DNA of 64,000 bases from a bacterium. GTDB lineage: Bacteria > UBA8248. Positions 9,072 through 18,735 of the stretch are shown here, one piece after another; position 1 is the first letter of the stretch, and the number at the start of each line of letters is the position of its first letter. The stretch spans positions 51,279 to 115,278 of the forward strand of contig CBDBZY010000038.1 in the NCBI GenBank assembly GCA_965213685.1. Direction: 5' to 3'. A program made the position numbers and the translations under genes. The notes beneath the pieces were generated by a model. That model ran no database searches, was not told the origin of the DNA, and was given only the letters and a program-made list of their open reading frames with translations.

Positions 9072-9274
9072 CTCTTCTCTCCTCACTTGTAGACAAAGAC
9101 TCCCTGGGAGACAGGCCCCCCAGGCATGGCTAGAAGGCGCAGGATGACGACGCGGGGACGTCCTCGGCCCCGGACAATCCATACGCCAGTGACTCGAACA
9201 GCGATGATTCGTCGTTCACGTCCAAAAGGCAACCTCGCCGGCGGCGAACCCGTTTTTTGATGTTCTTTCCCGTC

Positions 9275-9303
9275 ATTATACAACAGAATTGGAATTCCGC
9301 CAA
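9275..9303 (-). promoter_or_regulatory. Sigma70-type promoter for the SBP gene
   Basis: TTGGCG-N17-TATAAT on the minus strand. Confidence 0.55.
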
Positions 9304-9420
9304 AACCCAAATCGTGGAGGCGGCCGGTTCCCCGGCCCCAGGCTCCGGAACGCGCCCGTCTTCTCGTCTATCCCAACTTGTCTATCCCAGGAGGGCGCGG
9401 CTCCGGGCGATTCGGGAAAA

Positions 9421-9497
9421 TGGCGGGGCTGACGGGACTCGAACCCGCGATCTCTGGCTTGACAGGCCAGCGCGATAACCAACTTCGCTACAGCCCC
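9421..9497 (-). tRNA. tRNA-Asp(GTC)
   Basis: GGGGCTGTAGCGAAGTTGGTT...CTGGC CT GTC AA GCCAG...GGTTCGAGTCCCGTCAGCCCCGCCA; cloverleaf with encoded CCA. Confidence 0.97.
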
Positions 9498-9525
9498 CTT
9501 GGAAGCGTCCTCCGAAGCGTGTGGG

Positions 9526-9554
9526 TTTATAGCCCGCCCGCCGGCCCAAGTCAA
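9526..9554 (-). promoter_or_regulatory. Sigma70 promoter of tRNA-Asp
   Basis: TTGACT-N17-TATAAA. Confidence 0.7.
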
Positions 9555-9596
9555 CATCCCCGGTCGACAGAGGCAACTACCCGGGCCTCGCGCCGC

Positions 9597-10655
9597 CTAG
9601 CGCATCACCGAGGCGAGCGACTCCCCCTCCGCCAGGCGGACTATCCCCTTTTCAGTCACCAGGGCGTCCACGAAGCGCGCGGGCGTCACATCGAACGCGG
9701 GGTTGAACGCGCGCACGCCCTCCGGGGCGATGGTCTTGCCGCCGAAGGAGCGTACCTCCTCCTCCGGGCGTTCCTCGATGGGAATGTCCGCGCCCGTCTC
9801 GGAGCGCGCGTCGAGGGTGCTCGTCGGCGCCGCCACGTAAAAGGGCACCCCGTGCGCCCTGGCGAGCACCGCGAGGCCATACGTGCCGATTTTGTTGGCG
9901 ACATCGCCATTGGCCGCCACGCGATCCGCCCCCACCACGACGGCGCCGACCTTCCCGAGACTCATGCAGTGCGCGGCCATGCTGTCGGTGATCAGCACGA
10001 CCGGAATGCCGTCCCGGCCCAGCTCCCACGCGGTGAGGCGCGCTCCCTGCAGAAAGGGCCGGGTCTCGTCCACGAACACCTCCCGTACCCTCCCGTCCCG
10101 AAAGCCGCTGCGAATCACGCCGCCCGCCGTGCCGTAGCCGGCGGTCGCCAGCCCCCCCGCGTTGCAATGGGTGAGGACGCGGGCGTTCTCCGGCAGCAGG
10201 GTCGCGCCGAGGTCGCCTATCGCGCGGCAAACGGCCACATCCTCCTCGTGCATCCGCCGCGCGAGGCGGAGGAGGTCCCGCGCCAGCGGCCCGGGGGCGC
10301 GGGCACAGCCCCGAACCCGCGCGCTCATCTTGTCGATCGCCCAAAAGAGATTCACCGCCGTGGGGCGCGCAGCACCCAGCGTCCGCGCCGCCCGCTCGAG
10401 CGCCCGGCGCTGCGCGTCCGCGCCCAAACGCTCGTGGCGGGCCGCCGCCAGCGCCATGCCGTAGCCCGCCGCCACGCCGATGGCGGGCGCGCCGCGCACC
10501 ACCATGTCCGCGATGGCGCGGGCCACCTCGTCCTCCGTGCGGCACGCGACATAGACCTCTTCATGGGGAAGTTTTCTCTGGTCGATGAACACGACCGCGC
10601 CATCGCGGAACGCGACGGTGTGGAACTCGCCCGCCATCTCCCCGCTCTCGGCCAT
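9597..10655 (-). CDS. mtnA: S-methyl-5-thioribose-1-phosphate isomerase
   Basis: IDQRKLP, VRGAPAIG, ARPTAVNL, LTHCNAGGLAT, DETRP, ANKIGTY, NPAFDVTP. Confidence 0.95.
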   Translation of the reverse strand: MAESGEMAGEFHTVAFRDGAVVFIDQRKLPHEEVYVACRTEDEVARAIADMVVRGAPAIGVAAGYGMALAAARHERLGADAQRRALERAARTLGAARPTAVNLFWAIDKMSARVRGCARAPGPLARDLLRLARRMHEEDVAVCRAIGDLGATLLPENARVLTHCNAGGLATAGYGTAGGVIRSGFRDGRVREVFVDETRPFLQGARLTAWELGRDGIPVVLITDSMAAHCMSLGKVGAVVVGADRVAANGDVANKIGTYGLAVLARAHGVPFYVAAPTSTLDARSETGADIPIEERPEEEVRSFGGKTIAPEGVRAFNPAFDVTPARFVDALVTEKGIVRLAEGESLASVMR

Positions 10656-10854
10656 CCTTCTTTGCGGGTTCACGGCTTTACCTCATGCGCGCGATTTCAG
10701 CCTGCGGCACAGCGCGCCCCGCCAACCCGCCGGCGGGGCGGTCAGCCGCGCCCGCAGAACGCCCTCGCGCGTTCCCCCGGGGTGCGCGTCCTGGAGGATC
10801 GCGGCTGGCCCCACGCCTCGGAACGGCCCCCGTCTTCCTCCTCTCGGAGGCGAA

Positions 10855-11418
10855 TCACGACCCGTCGCCCTCGGCTTTTTGATTCAGCTTGACGACGTTT
10901 TCGCTCTCGTCCTCGCCCAGCAGGTTGGCGAGGTCCACCCCCAGGCGTCTGCTCTCCCCCTCCAGACTGCGGATGTGGGAGCGAAACATCTCGCAAAGGT
11001 CGACGAGGAGCTTGTCCCGCAACCGCACCAGATTCGACACTTCGTCCCGCAGCCTCGCGGATTCCCTGTCGGCGTCCGCGCGAATCTCCTCCGCCTGGGA
11101 GCCGGCCTCCCGAAGAATCCGGGCGGCGTCCTCCTCCGCCTGGCGCATGGCATCCTGCGCCCTCTCCTGGGCCTCGTCGCGCAGCTCGTTCACGGAGATG
11201 AGGGCTTTCTGCAGGTTGTCATGGTCTTTTTTCAAATCATTGAACTGCTCGAAGAGGTTCGTGCATTGCTGGGTCAGCTCCTCGTTCTGGCGGACGAGCC
11301 CGTCCACCTGGCTGCCCGCCGTGAGCAAGAACGCATCCACCTCGAGAGGGTGGTAGCCTCTCATCTTCATCGGAAATTTTCGGTTTCGGATATCGTTGCC
11401 GGTGAATTTCAAGGGCAC
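10855..11418 (-). CDS. divIVA: DivIVA domain coiled-coil protein
   Basis: DIRNRKF...MRGYHPLEVDAFL N-terminal DivIVA motif followed by coiled coil; adjacent to yggT. Confidence 0.85.
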   Translation of the reverse strand: MPLKFTGNDIRNRKFPMKMRGYHPLEVDAFLLTAGSQVDGLVRQNEELTQQCTNLFEQFNDLKKDHDNLQKALISVNELRDEAQERAQDAMRQAEEDAARILREAGSQAEEIRADADRESARLRDEVSNLVRLRDKLLVDLCEMFRSHIRSLEGESRRLGVDLANLLGEDESENVVKLNQKAEGDGS

Positions 11419-11437
11419 ATCCCCGAAAGGCGGTGAG

Positions 11438-11734
11438 TCAGCGCAACATTCTGGCCATGTCGAACATACTTTGCACCAGGAAATTTTGCAAAAAGAATAT
11501 GACCAATATCACGACAATCGGGCTGAGATCGACGCCGCCGGGGTTCGGCATCCGGTAGCGAATCGGCGCCAGCACCGGCTCGGTCAGGCGATACAATATC
11601 TGAACGATGGGGTTATACGGGTCCGGACTCACCCACGACAAAAGCGCGCGAATGATGATGACCCAGATATAGATGGAGAGCAGCCAGCTGAGGATGACGG
11701 CGACGCCGTTCATAAAGTTCGCTATCAGGAACAT
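11438..11734 (-). CDS. yggT: YggT family membrane protein
   Basis: IIRALLSWVSPDPYNPIV...LTEPVLAPIR...DLSPIVV. Confidence 0.93.
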   Translation of the reverse strand: MFLIANFMNGVAVILSWLLSIYIWVIIIRALLSWVSPDPYNPIVQILYRLTEPVLAPIRYRMPNPGGVDLSPIVVILVIFFLQNFLVQSMFDMARMLR

Positions 11735-11764
11735 CGGACGGCTCCCGCTTCCAGGGGCTGCAGG

Positions 11765-12571
11765 CTAGGCACGTCCCAACTCCTCGCTTCGGCGCGCGGC
11801 GGCGTAGACGGCGTCCATGACGGCGGAGCGCATCCCCCCCCTCTCCAGGGCGTGCAAACCGGCGATGGTCGTCCCCCCCGGAGAGGCGACCATATCCTTC
11901 AGGCGGCCCGGATGCTCCCCCGTCTCGAGCAGCATCTTCGCGGCGCCGAGAACGGTCTGGGCCGCCAGAATCATCGCATCCTCGCGCGGCAGGCCCGCCC
12001 GCACCCCGCCGTCGGCGAGGGCCTCGACAAACTGGAACACGTACGCGGGCCCGCTGCCCGACAAGCCCGTCACGGCGTCCATCAGCGATTCGGGCAGAAC
12101 CACCGCCCGGCCGACGGATTCGAGCATCTTCCGGGCCTCCGAGAGGTCCGCCTCCGACGCCCCCCCGCCCGCGCACAGGCCCGCGGCGCCCTCCCCCACG
12201 AGCGCGGGCGTGTTCGGCATGACGCGGACAATCCGCGCCGCATCCCCGAGCGCCTCGGTAAAGCGGCTCGTGGAGGCGCCCGCCACGATGGAAATCAAAA
12301 GCGGTCGGTGCGCCAGGGCGTCTTTCAGCCCGTCGAGAACCGCGCCCAGAACCTGCGGTTTTACGGCGAGCACCACCTTGCGCGCCCCCGGGGCCGCCTC
12401 CGCCCCGTCGGGCACCACGCGAAACCCCGACGTCTCGCGGAGATACCCGGCGCGCTCCGCCAGAGGCTCCGCGATCGTGATGTCGTCGACGCCCGCGCAG
12501 GCGGCGTTCACCAGTCCCCGGGCGAGCGCCTCGCCCATGTTTCCGCCGCCCACTATGAGAATTTCCGCCAT
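11765..12571 (-). CDS. proC: Pyrroline-5-carboxylate reductase
   Basis: GGGNMG, LAVKPQ, RVMPNTP, GLSGSGPAY, SPGGTT. Confidence 0.96.
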   Translation of the reverse strand: MAEILIVGGGNMGEALARGLVNAACAGVDDITIAEPLAERAGYLRETSGFRVVPDGAEAAPGARKVVLAVKPQVLGAVLDGLKDALAHRPLLISIVAGASTSRFTEALGDAARIVRVMPNTPALVGEGAAGLCAGGGASEADLSEARKMLESVGRAVVLPESLMDAVTGLSGSGPAYVFQFVEALADGGVRAGLPREDAMILAAQTVLGAAKMLLETGEHPGRLKDMVASPGGTTIAGLHALERGGMRSAVMDAVYAAARRSEELGRA

Positions 12572-12640
12572 CTTCGGCACCTCAGCGCATGGGTGCGAAC
12601 CGGGCGCCCCCCGGAGTCCGTCCACCCTACGCAAATCACC

Positions 12641-13369
12641 TCATTCGCGCAACGCGAACCCCGCCCGCCTCGGGCCAAAAATGGCCGTGCCGACGCGAAC
12701 GAGCGTCGCTCCCTCCGCTATCGCGACCTCGAAGTCGCTGGACATCCCCATCGAGAGCTCCCGGACGCAGGGCAGCCCGCCGTCCCGGGCCTCGTCCCGC
12801 AACTCTCTGAGCAGCGCGAAATGGGGGCGGCTCTCCTCCGCCGACCGGCCCAGGGGGGGGATGCACATGAAGCCGACCACCCGCAGGGAGTCGAACGCGG
12901 ACGCCTCGCGCGCGAGTGCCACCGCGTCCGCTGGCCGAACCCCGCCCTTTTGGGACTCCTCGCCCGTGTTCACCTGGATCAGGACGTCCAGCGGGCCGCA
13001 CCCCGCCTCGCCCACGCGCCGGTTCAACTCCCGGGCGAGCGCCGCCGAATCCACCGACTCCACCACGTCGAACAAACCGGGGACGATGCGCGCCTTGTTT
13101 CTTTGCAGCTTGCCGATGAGATGCCACCGCACCCGGCGCGCGACCGCAGGCGCCATCTCCGCCCTTTTCCGCTGGGCCTCCTGCACCCGGTTCTCTCCCA
13201 CGACGGCAACGCCCGCCTCGATGGCCTCGACGACTCTCTCCGGGGGCTGCGTCTTGCTCACCGCCAGAATCCGGACCGCATCGGGATTCCGGCCGCAGGA
13301 GAGGGCGGCGTCCGCCGCGCGGCGCCGCACCATCTCGTATCGCTCCCGAATCGCGCCCATCGTCGTCAC
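12641..13369 (-). CDS. yggS: PLP homeostasis protein (YggS family)
   Basis: LAVSKTQ, GENRVQEA, HLIGKLQRNK, LSMGMSSD, VRVGTAIFG. Confidence 0.95.
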   Translation of the reverse strand: MTTMGAIRERYEMVRRRAADAALSCGRNPDAVRILAVSKTQPPERVVEAIEAGVAVVGENRVQEAQRKRAEMAPAVARRVRWHLIGKLQRNKARIVPGLFDVVESVDSAALARELNRRVGEAGCGPLDVLIQVNTGEESQKGGVRPADAVALAREASAFDSLRVVGFMCIPPLGRSAEESRPHFALLRELRDEARDGGLPCVRELSMGMSSDFEVAIAEGATLVRVGTAIFGPRRAGFALRE

Positions 13370-14170
13370 CCCCGCGCGGAAATCCATATCGCCGACAGCA
13401 AACGTCCCGTGGACGGCCCGTCGCGGCGGTAGGAGAAAAACCGCGACGCATCAGAGAGCGTGCATGGCCCCGGTGCGCCGATCCGGGCTTCCGGAACCCC
13501 CGCCAGCGCCAACTGGCGCCTCGCCGCCTCGGGAAGGTTCAGCAACCATTTTCCGTCTCCCAGGGGGGTGCTGAAATCCCTCCAGTCTCGATAGCGGCGG
13601 CGAAACGGCGGCAAGCACTCCTCGCCCACCTCATAGCAAGTCCCGGAGATGGCGGGGCCGAAGGCGGCCCACATATCCCGGGAATCACAGCCATACTCCT
13701 CTTTCATCCGTCCGATGGTCTTGCGCAAAATTCCGTCGGCGATTCCCCTGCGCCCCGCATGCACGGCGGCGACCGCCATCCTGCGGGGGGTCGGCAATGA
13801 GAACGGGAACGCAGTCCGCCGTCTGAATGGCGACCCCCACGGCGGGATCGTTCGTCACCAGGGCGTCCCCGCGCGCGCGCTCCCCAGGAGGAATCTCGCC
13901 GGCCACGAGGACGTCGCTTCCGTGCACCTGCCGCACTTCCACGAGGCGGGCGGGCCGGAATCCGGCGGCCTCCCCGAAACGCCTCCTGTTCTCGGCGACG
14001 TTCCGGGGGTCTTCGCCCCGCGCGCCCCCCAGGTTCAGGGAGGAGAAGCGGCCTGCGCTCACCCCGCCCTTGCGCGTGCTGAACGCATGCCCCAAAAAAC
14101 CGAGCGCCTCCAGCAGGGGGGATCGAAAAAACTCCACGCCGCCGGATTCACGGCGCCTCAGCGAACGCAT
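13366..14170 (-). CDS. pgeF: Peptidoglycan editing factor / purine nucleoside phosphorylase PgeF (YfiH); one frameshift near 13790
   Basis: FSTRKGGVS, QVHG, TADCVPV in one frame; VHAG..G, GPAISG.CYEVG, CT, FFSYRR in the next. Confidence 0.9.
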
Positions 14171-14257
14171 GCCCTGGCCATCCCAGCAGGCGAGGAACCA
14201 TCGGACGGGCACGGGCACACCCGTGTCCGGCCCACGTCATGCTCCCGCCCGATTTCC

Positions 14258-14286
14258 ATTATAGGGAGAGGCCCGGAGCGCCACAA
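14258..14286 (-). promoter_or_regulatory. Internal sigma70 promoter upstream of pgeF
   Basis: TTGTGG-N17-TATAAT. Confidence 0.5.
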
Positions 14287-14448
14287 GACGGCGGGGCGAC
14301 GCGCGCCGTCCGACGGATGAGCCGGAAATGCGCCGGAAGGATGGCGGGGCTGGGGGAGATCGACATCTCCCCCAGCTGTGGGGAAAAGGGGAGGAATGCG
14401 CCTTCACTCATGCGAGAGGCTCCGTCAGCAAAACGGCGCCGGTGCGCG

Positions 14449-15605
14449 CTAATCAGCCTGCTTGCGCAAAAAGGTCGGTATGTCGAATTCGTCTTCTCCC
14501 AGGTCGTCCATCCCCTCGGGATGGACTTCGTTGCCTTTCACGCGGCGGACATAGGCGGGAATCCGACGTCTCCCGCCATCCGTGCCGGTGGCCTCCTCCT
14601 CCTCCCGCGACGGGACCACCCGGACGGATTTCGCGCCGAAGCCGGTGGCGATGACGGTCACGCGAACCTGGCCCCTCGAAGCCCGAGTCGATCACCGAGC
14701 CGAAAATGATGTTGGCCTCCTGGTGCGCGTTCTCCCGGATGATTCTCGCAGGCCTCGTTCACCTCGACGAGCGAGAGGTCCGCACCACCGGTGATGTTGA
14801 TGAGCAGTCCCCGGGAGCCCTCTATGGTCTCCTCCTCGAGCAGCGGACTGCTGATGGCGTTCTGGGCGGCGATGACGGCCCGGTTCTCGCCCTGGCCCGT
14901 CCCGCTGCCCATGAGCGCCTTCCCGCCCATGTCGCGCATGATGGCGCGCACGTCGGCGAAGTCGAGGTTGATCAGCCCGGGCGTGGTGATGAGGTCGGCA
15001 ATCCCCTTGCAGGCCTGGAGCAGGACGTCGTTCGCCTTCTGAAAGGCCTCGGTCATCGGCGTGGAGCGCTCGACCATCCCCAGAAGCCGCTGGTTGGGTA
15101 TGGTGATGAGGGTGTTCACTGCCTCGCGCAGCTCCTCGATTCCCTCGTTCGCCTGATTCATCCGGCGGCTGCCCTCGAACTCGAACGGCTTGGTGACCAC
15201 GCCCACCGTCAGCAGCCCGATCTCTTTCGCGATGCGCGCGATGACGGGGGGCGGCGCCCGTTGCCCGTCCCCCCTCCCATGCCCTGCGGTCACGAACACC
15301 ATGTCCAGGTCTTCCAGAAACTCCGTCAGGCGCTCGGTGTCTTCCAGGGCGGATTTTTTCCCGATCGCCGGGTCCCCTCCGGCGCCCAGCCCGTTCGTCA
15401 GCTCCAGGCCGAGCTGTATTTTCTCCACGGCGAGGGAGCGCTCCAAAACCTGGGCGTCCGTGTTGGCGGCCACAAACCGCACGCCCTCCATCCCCGAGGA
15501 GATCATCGTGTCCACGGCGTTGCCGCCGCCGCCGCCCACGCCGATGACCGCGATTCTCGCGCGGCACTGCGTTTCGTTGATTAGCTCAAAAGTCAGATCG
15601 CTCAT
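14449..15605 (-). CDS. ftsZ: Cell division protein FtsZ (several apparent frameshifts)
   Basis: VIGVGGGGGNAV, NTDAQ, VTKPF.FEG, INLDFADV; C-terminal peptide FDIPTFLRKQAD lies in a separate frame. Confidence 0.95.
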
Positions 15606-15645
15606 TTTCCCTCCGTTCCTGGGAAACGCGCCCTCGCCTCCCATA

Positions 15646-16886
15646 TCACTTGAATACACTCGCGAAAACGTGGCGGATTCTTTGGGTCGTTTTCCGGATG
15701 GTGCCGTTGGAAACCAGGTTCGCGTGCCGGCTCCGGCGGTGGCCGGCTTTCATGGGCGTACATGACGAGGCCGACGGCGGTGGAGTACATGGGCCCGTTG
15801 ACCATGTCCACCAGCCCCCCGACATCGCCGGGGACGCCGATTCGCACCGGGAGCTGGAGCACGTCCTCGGCCAGCTCCCCGGCGCCCTCGATGATGCTCG
15901 CACCGCCCGTGAGCACGACGCCGGCGGGCAGGATGTCCTCCATGCCGCTCTTCTGAATCTCGCGGCGGACGAGCGTCAGAATCTCCTCCATGCGCGGCTC
16001 GATGATCTCGGCGAGCATCTGCCGACTCAGCACGCGCGGCGGCCGGCCCGCCCACGCTGGGCACCTCGATCTCCCTGTCCTGGGACAGTCTGGAGGCCAG
16101 GGCGCAGCCGTGTTTCTGCTTGATTTTCTCCGCCTGGTAGTCCGGCGTCCTCAAGCCGATGGCGATGTCCCTCGTGACGTGCTGTCCGCCCACGGGAATG
16201 ATGGCCGAGTAGCGCAGCGCGCCCCCGCTGAGGACGGCGAGGTCCACGGTGCCGCTCCCGATGTCCACGAGCACCACGCCGAGGTCGCGCTCATCATCAC
16301 CCAAGGCGGCCAGCGAGGAGGCGAGCGGCTGGAGTACCAGGCTCTCTATCTCCAGTCCCGCCCTCTCGACGCTCTGGGTGATGTTCTGGATGGCGGGAAT
16401 CGCCCCCGTGACGACATGCACCTTGCACTCCAGGCGCACGCCGGCCATTCCCGAGGGCTCGGTCACGCCCTCCTGCTCGTCGACGATGTACTCCTGCGGC
16501 AGCACATGGATAATCTGGTGATCCGCCGGCATCGTCACCGCGCGCGCCTGTTCGACGACGCGATTGATGTCCTCCCGCGTCACAATCTTGTTCTTGATGG
16601 CCACGATGCCGTTCGTGTTGAAGCTGCGGACGTGCCCTCCCGCGACGCCGACGAAGGCGGACCGAATCGGCGTGCCGCTGATGAACTCCGCCTCCTCCAC
16701 CGCCGCGCGAATGGACTCCACGGTCTGATCGATATTCACCACCGCTCCGCGGTTGAGTCCTTTCGAGGGATTTTTCCCCAGCCCCACAATCTCCAGGGAA
16801 TCCTCATCGTTCACCTCGGCCACGACCGCGCAAATCTTGGAAGTGCCGACGTCCAGGCCCACCAGCACGTCGCCTTGTCTGTTCAT
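15646..16886 (-). CDS. ftsA: Cell division protein FtsA (frameshifts near 16050 and 15735)
   Basis: VGLDVGTSKIC, VDIGSGT, GGQHVTRDIA, IIEPRMEEI, GVVLTGG. Confidence 0.94.
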
Positions 16887-17785
16887 CCTACGGGCCCTCC
16901 ATCCTTGACGAGCGGCCGAACGATCACCCTGCCCGGGAACCTCAGATCGACCCGAAGGCCGCCCCCGCCAAAATTCTCCTTCTGGAGAACATCGCTCGCA
17001 ATGGCGCGGAATCGAGCGGCCTGCTCCTCCATTCTCCCCTCCCCCATCATCAGCTCTAGCCTTCCTCCTAGTGCGCGAAGCCGAAGCTGCCCCGCTCCAG
17101 CGTCGCGCACGGAAATGCACCCGTCGCGAAGTCCGGGCGAATCCTGGAACAAAACGGCCGCCGCCACGGCGCGCGCGAAGCCCGCGTCCCGCACCGTGTC
17201 GCCCGGCCGCAAACGGCTGGAGGCCAACCCCTCAATCAGGGGCAGGCACCTGGCGGACGCCTTCACGGGCCTGCCGAGCACGACGCCCTCCCCGTCCACC
17301 GCGAGGGGTCCGCGTCTCGCGAGCAGCGCGGCGGGTCTGCGCTCCAGGATGTCCACCTGGAGGAAATGGGGCGGACGCCTGCGGACGCGGACGCGCTTTA
17401 TGCGCGGATGGGAGGCCACGCGCCTCCGCACGGCCTCCAGGTCGGCGTCAAATATGCTCGACCCCGGCCGGAGTGCCGCGAGACGCACGATATCCTCGGG
17501 CCGAAGCGCCCGATGCCCCGCCACCACCACCCTGCGCAACGCGAAGTGCCGGCTCCTCTTCGCCCACTGAACCGCGTGCCCGCCCAACAGGAGCACCTCC
17601 ACAAAAACCAGAAAACCCATCGCGGGCCATATCCAGTTTCTCTTCCCGGTTTGCCCGCCCTTGTCGCGCCCGGCGGTCGCCACTGCCCTGGTTTCCGCAC
17701 CGGGCCTCCCGCGCGCCTGGGCGAGGTGCGGGGAGCCTCTCCGGCTCCTCGCCTTCGGCCTGGGGACAAACGGCAGGCGGATCAC
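16883..17785 (-). CDS. ftsQ: Cell division protein FtsQ/DivIB (POTRA domain)
   Basis: Single TM segment, POTRA (VRRRPPHFLQVDILERRP), C-terminal VDLRF; lies between murB and ftsA. Confidence 0.88.
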   Translation of the reverse strand: MIRLPFVPRPKARSRRGSPHLAQARGRPGAETRAVATAGRDKGGQTGKRNWIWPAMGFLVFVEVLLLGGHAVQWAKRSRHFALRRVVVAGHRALRPEDIVRLAALRPGSSIFDADLEAVRRRVASHPRIKRVRVRRRPPHFLQVDILERRPAALLARRGPLAVDGEGVVLGRPVKASARCLPLIEGLASSRLRPGDTVRDAGFARAVAAAVLFQDSPGLRDGCISVRDAGAGQLRLRALGGRLELMMGEGRMEEQAARFRAIASDVLQKENFGGGGLRVDLRFPGRVIVRPLVKDGGPVG

Positions 17786-18735
17786 GCGCGGCACTCCCCG
17801 ATCACGTTCAACTCCAGGAGCAGCTCCACGCCCGTCTCCTCCCGAACCACCCGCTTCACCCGGTCGATCAAGGCCAGGACGTCTCCCGCCGTGGCCCCGC
17901 CGAGATTCACCATGAAATTTCCATGCGCCTCGCTCACCTGCGCGCCGCCGACCCGCGTCCCCTTGAGTCCCGCCGAGTCGATGAGCGTCCCCGCGCGCGC
18001 ACCGGCGGGATTCCGGAATATGGAGCCCGCGCAGGGCAGTCCCCAGGGCTGGCGCGCGCGCCTCCGGGCGGCGTCTCGTCTCAGACGCTCCCGCAACGCG
18101 CCGGCGTCGGCCGGGCGAAGCGCGAAACGGACGGACAACACCACGCCGGGTTCGGGCAACGCGGTGCGTCGGTATGCGAAGCGCAACCCTTTCGCGGGCA
18201 ACCGGCCGGGAGCGCCACCGCCGATGGGCACCCAGCGCACACTCTCCACCGCGTCCTGGACGTAGGATTCGGCGGTGCCCGCGTTCATGGCCAGCGCGCC
18301 GCCCACGGTGCCGGGAATCCCGGCCAGACACTCCACGCCCGCCCAGCCGCGCTCGGCGGCAAAGCGCACCAGCGCGGGAATCTTCTCCCCGGCCCGCGCC
18401 TCGAGCAGCACGCGCTCCGGGCCGCGCTCGATGACCTCCATCCCCCGAAAACTTCTCGGAAAGGCGACCACCACCCCGCGAACGCCGCCATCGCGCACCA
18501 GGGTATTGGCCCCGCCCCCCAGAACAGTGACCGGGAGCCCCTCGCTCCGGCACCTGCCGAGGAGCTCCACCAGCTCCTCCTCCGTCGCGGGCAGCGCGAG
18601 CGCATCCGCGGGGCCGCCCACCTGAAACGTGGTGTATGGCGCCAGGTTCTCGTCAAAGAGCACCTCACAAGCGAGACCCTTGAGTTTTTCCGCCATCCCG
18701 AGCGCCATCGCCCTCTCCGCCGACCCGAGGCTCAT
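17782..18735 (-). CDS. murB: UDP-N-acetylmuramate dehydrogenase
   Basis: TTFQVGGPA, GIPGTVGGALAMNAG, AGSIFRNP, HGNFMVN. Confidence 0.95.
   Translation of the reverse strand: MSLGSAERAMALGMAEKLKGLACEVLFDENLAPYTTFQVGGPADALALPATEEELVELLGRCRSEGLPVTVLGGGANTLVRDGGVRGVVVAFPRSFRGMEVIERGPERVLLEARAGEKIPALVRFAAERGWAGVECLAGIPGTVGGALAMNAGTAESYVQDAVESVRWVPIGGGAPGRLPAKGLRFAYRRTALPEPGVVLSVRFALRPADAGALRERLRRDAARRRARQPWGLPCAGSIFRNPAGARAGTLIDSAGLKGTRVGGAQVSEAHGNFMVNLGGATAGDVLALIDRVKRVVREETGVELLLELNVIGECRA

Noticed and set aside
1-9420. Accessory block as a tRNA-Asp-integrated genomic island
   Set aside because: No integrase, att duplication or visible compositional shift within the window.
10855-14170. DivIVA in a diderm as a novelty
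   Set aside because: The pgeF-yggS-proC-yggT-divIVA block after ftsZ is a known arrangement in deltaproteobacteria-like lineages.
14341-14352. 12-bp match to the tRNA-Asp 3' end (ATGGCGGGGCTG) as an att site
   Set aside because: Short, GC-rich, on the wrong side of the tRNA, flanks core genes, and no integrase is present.
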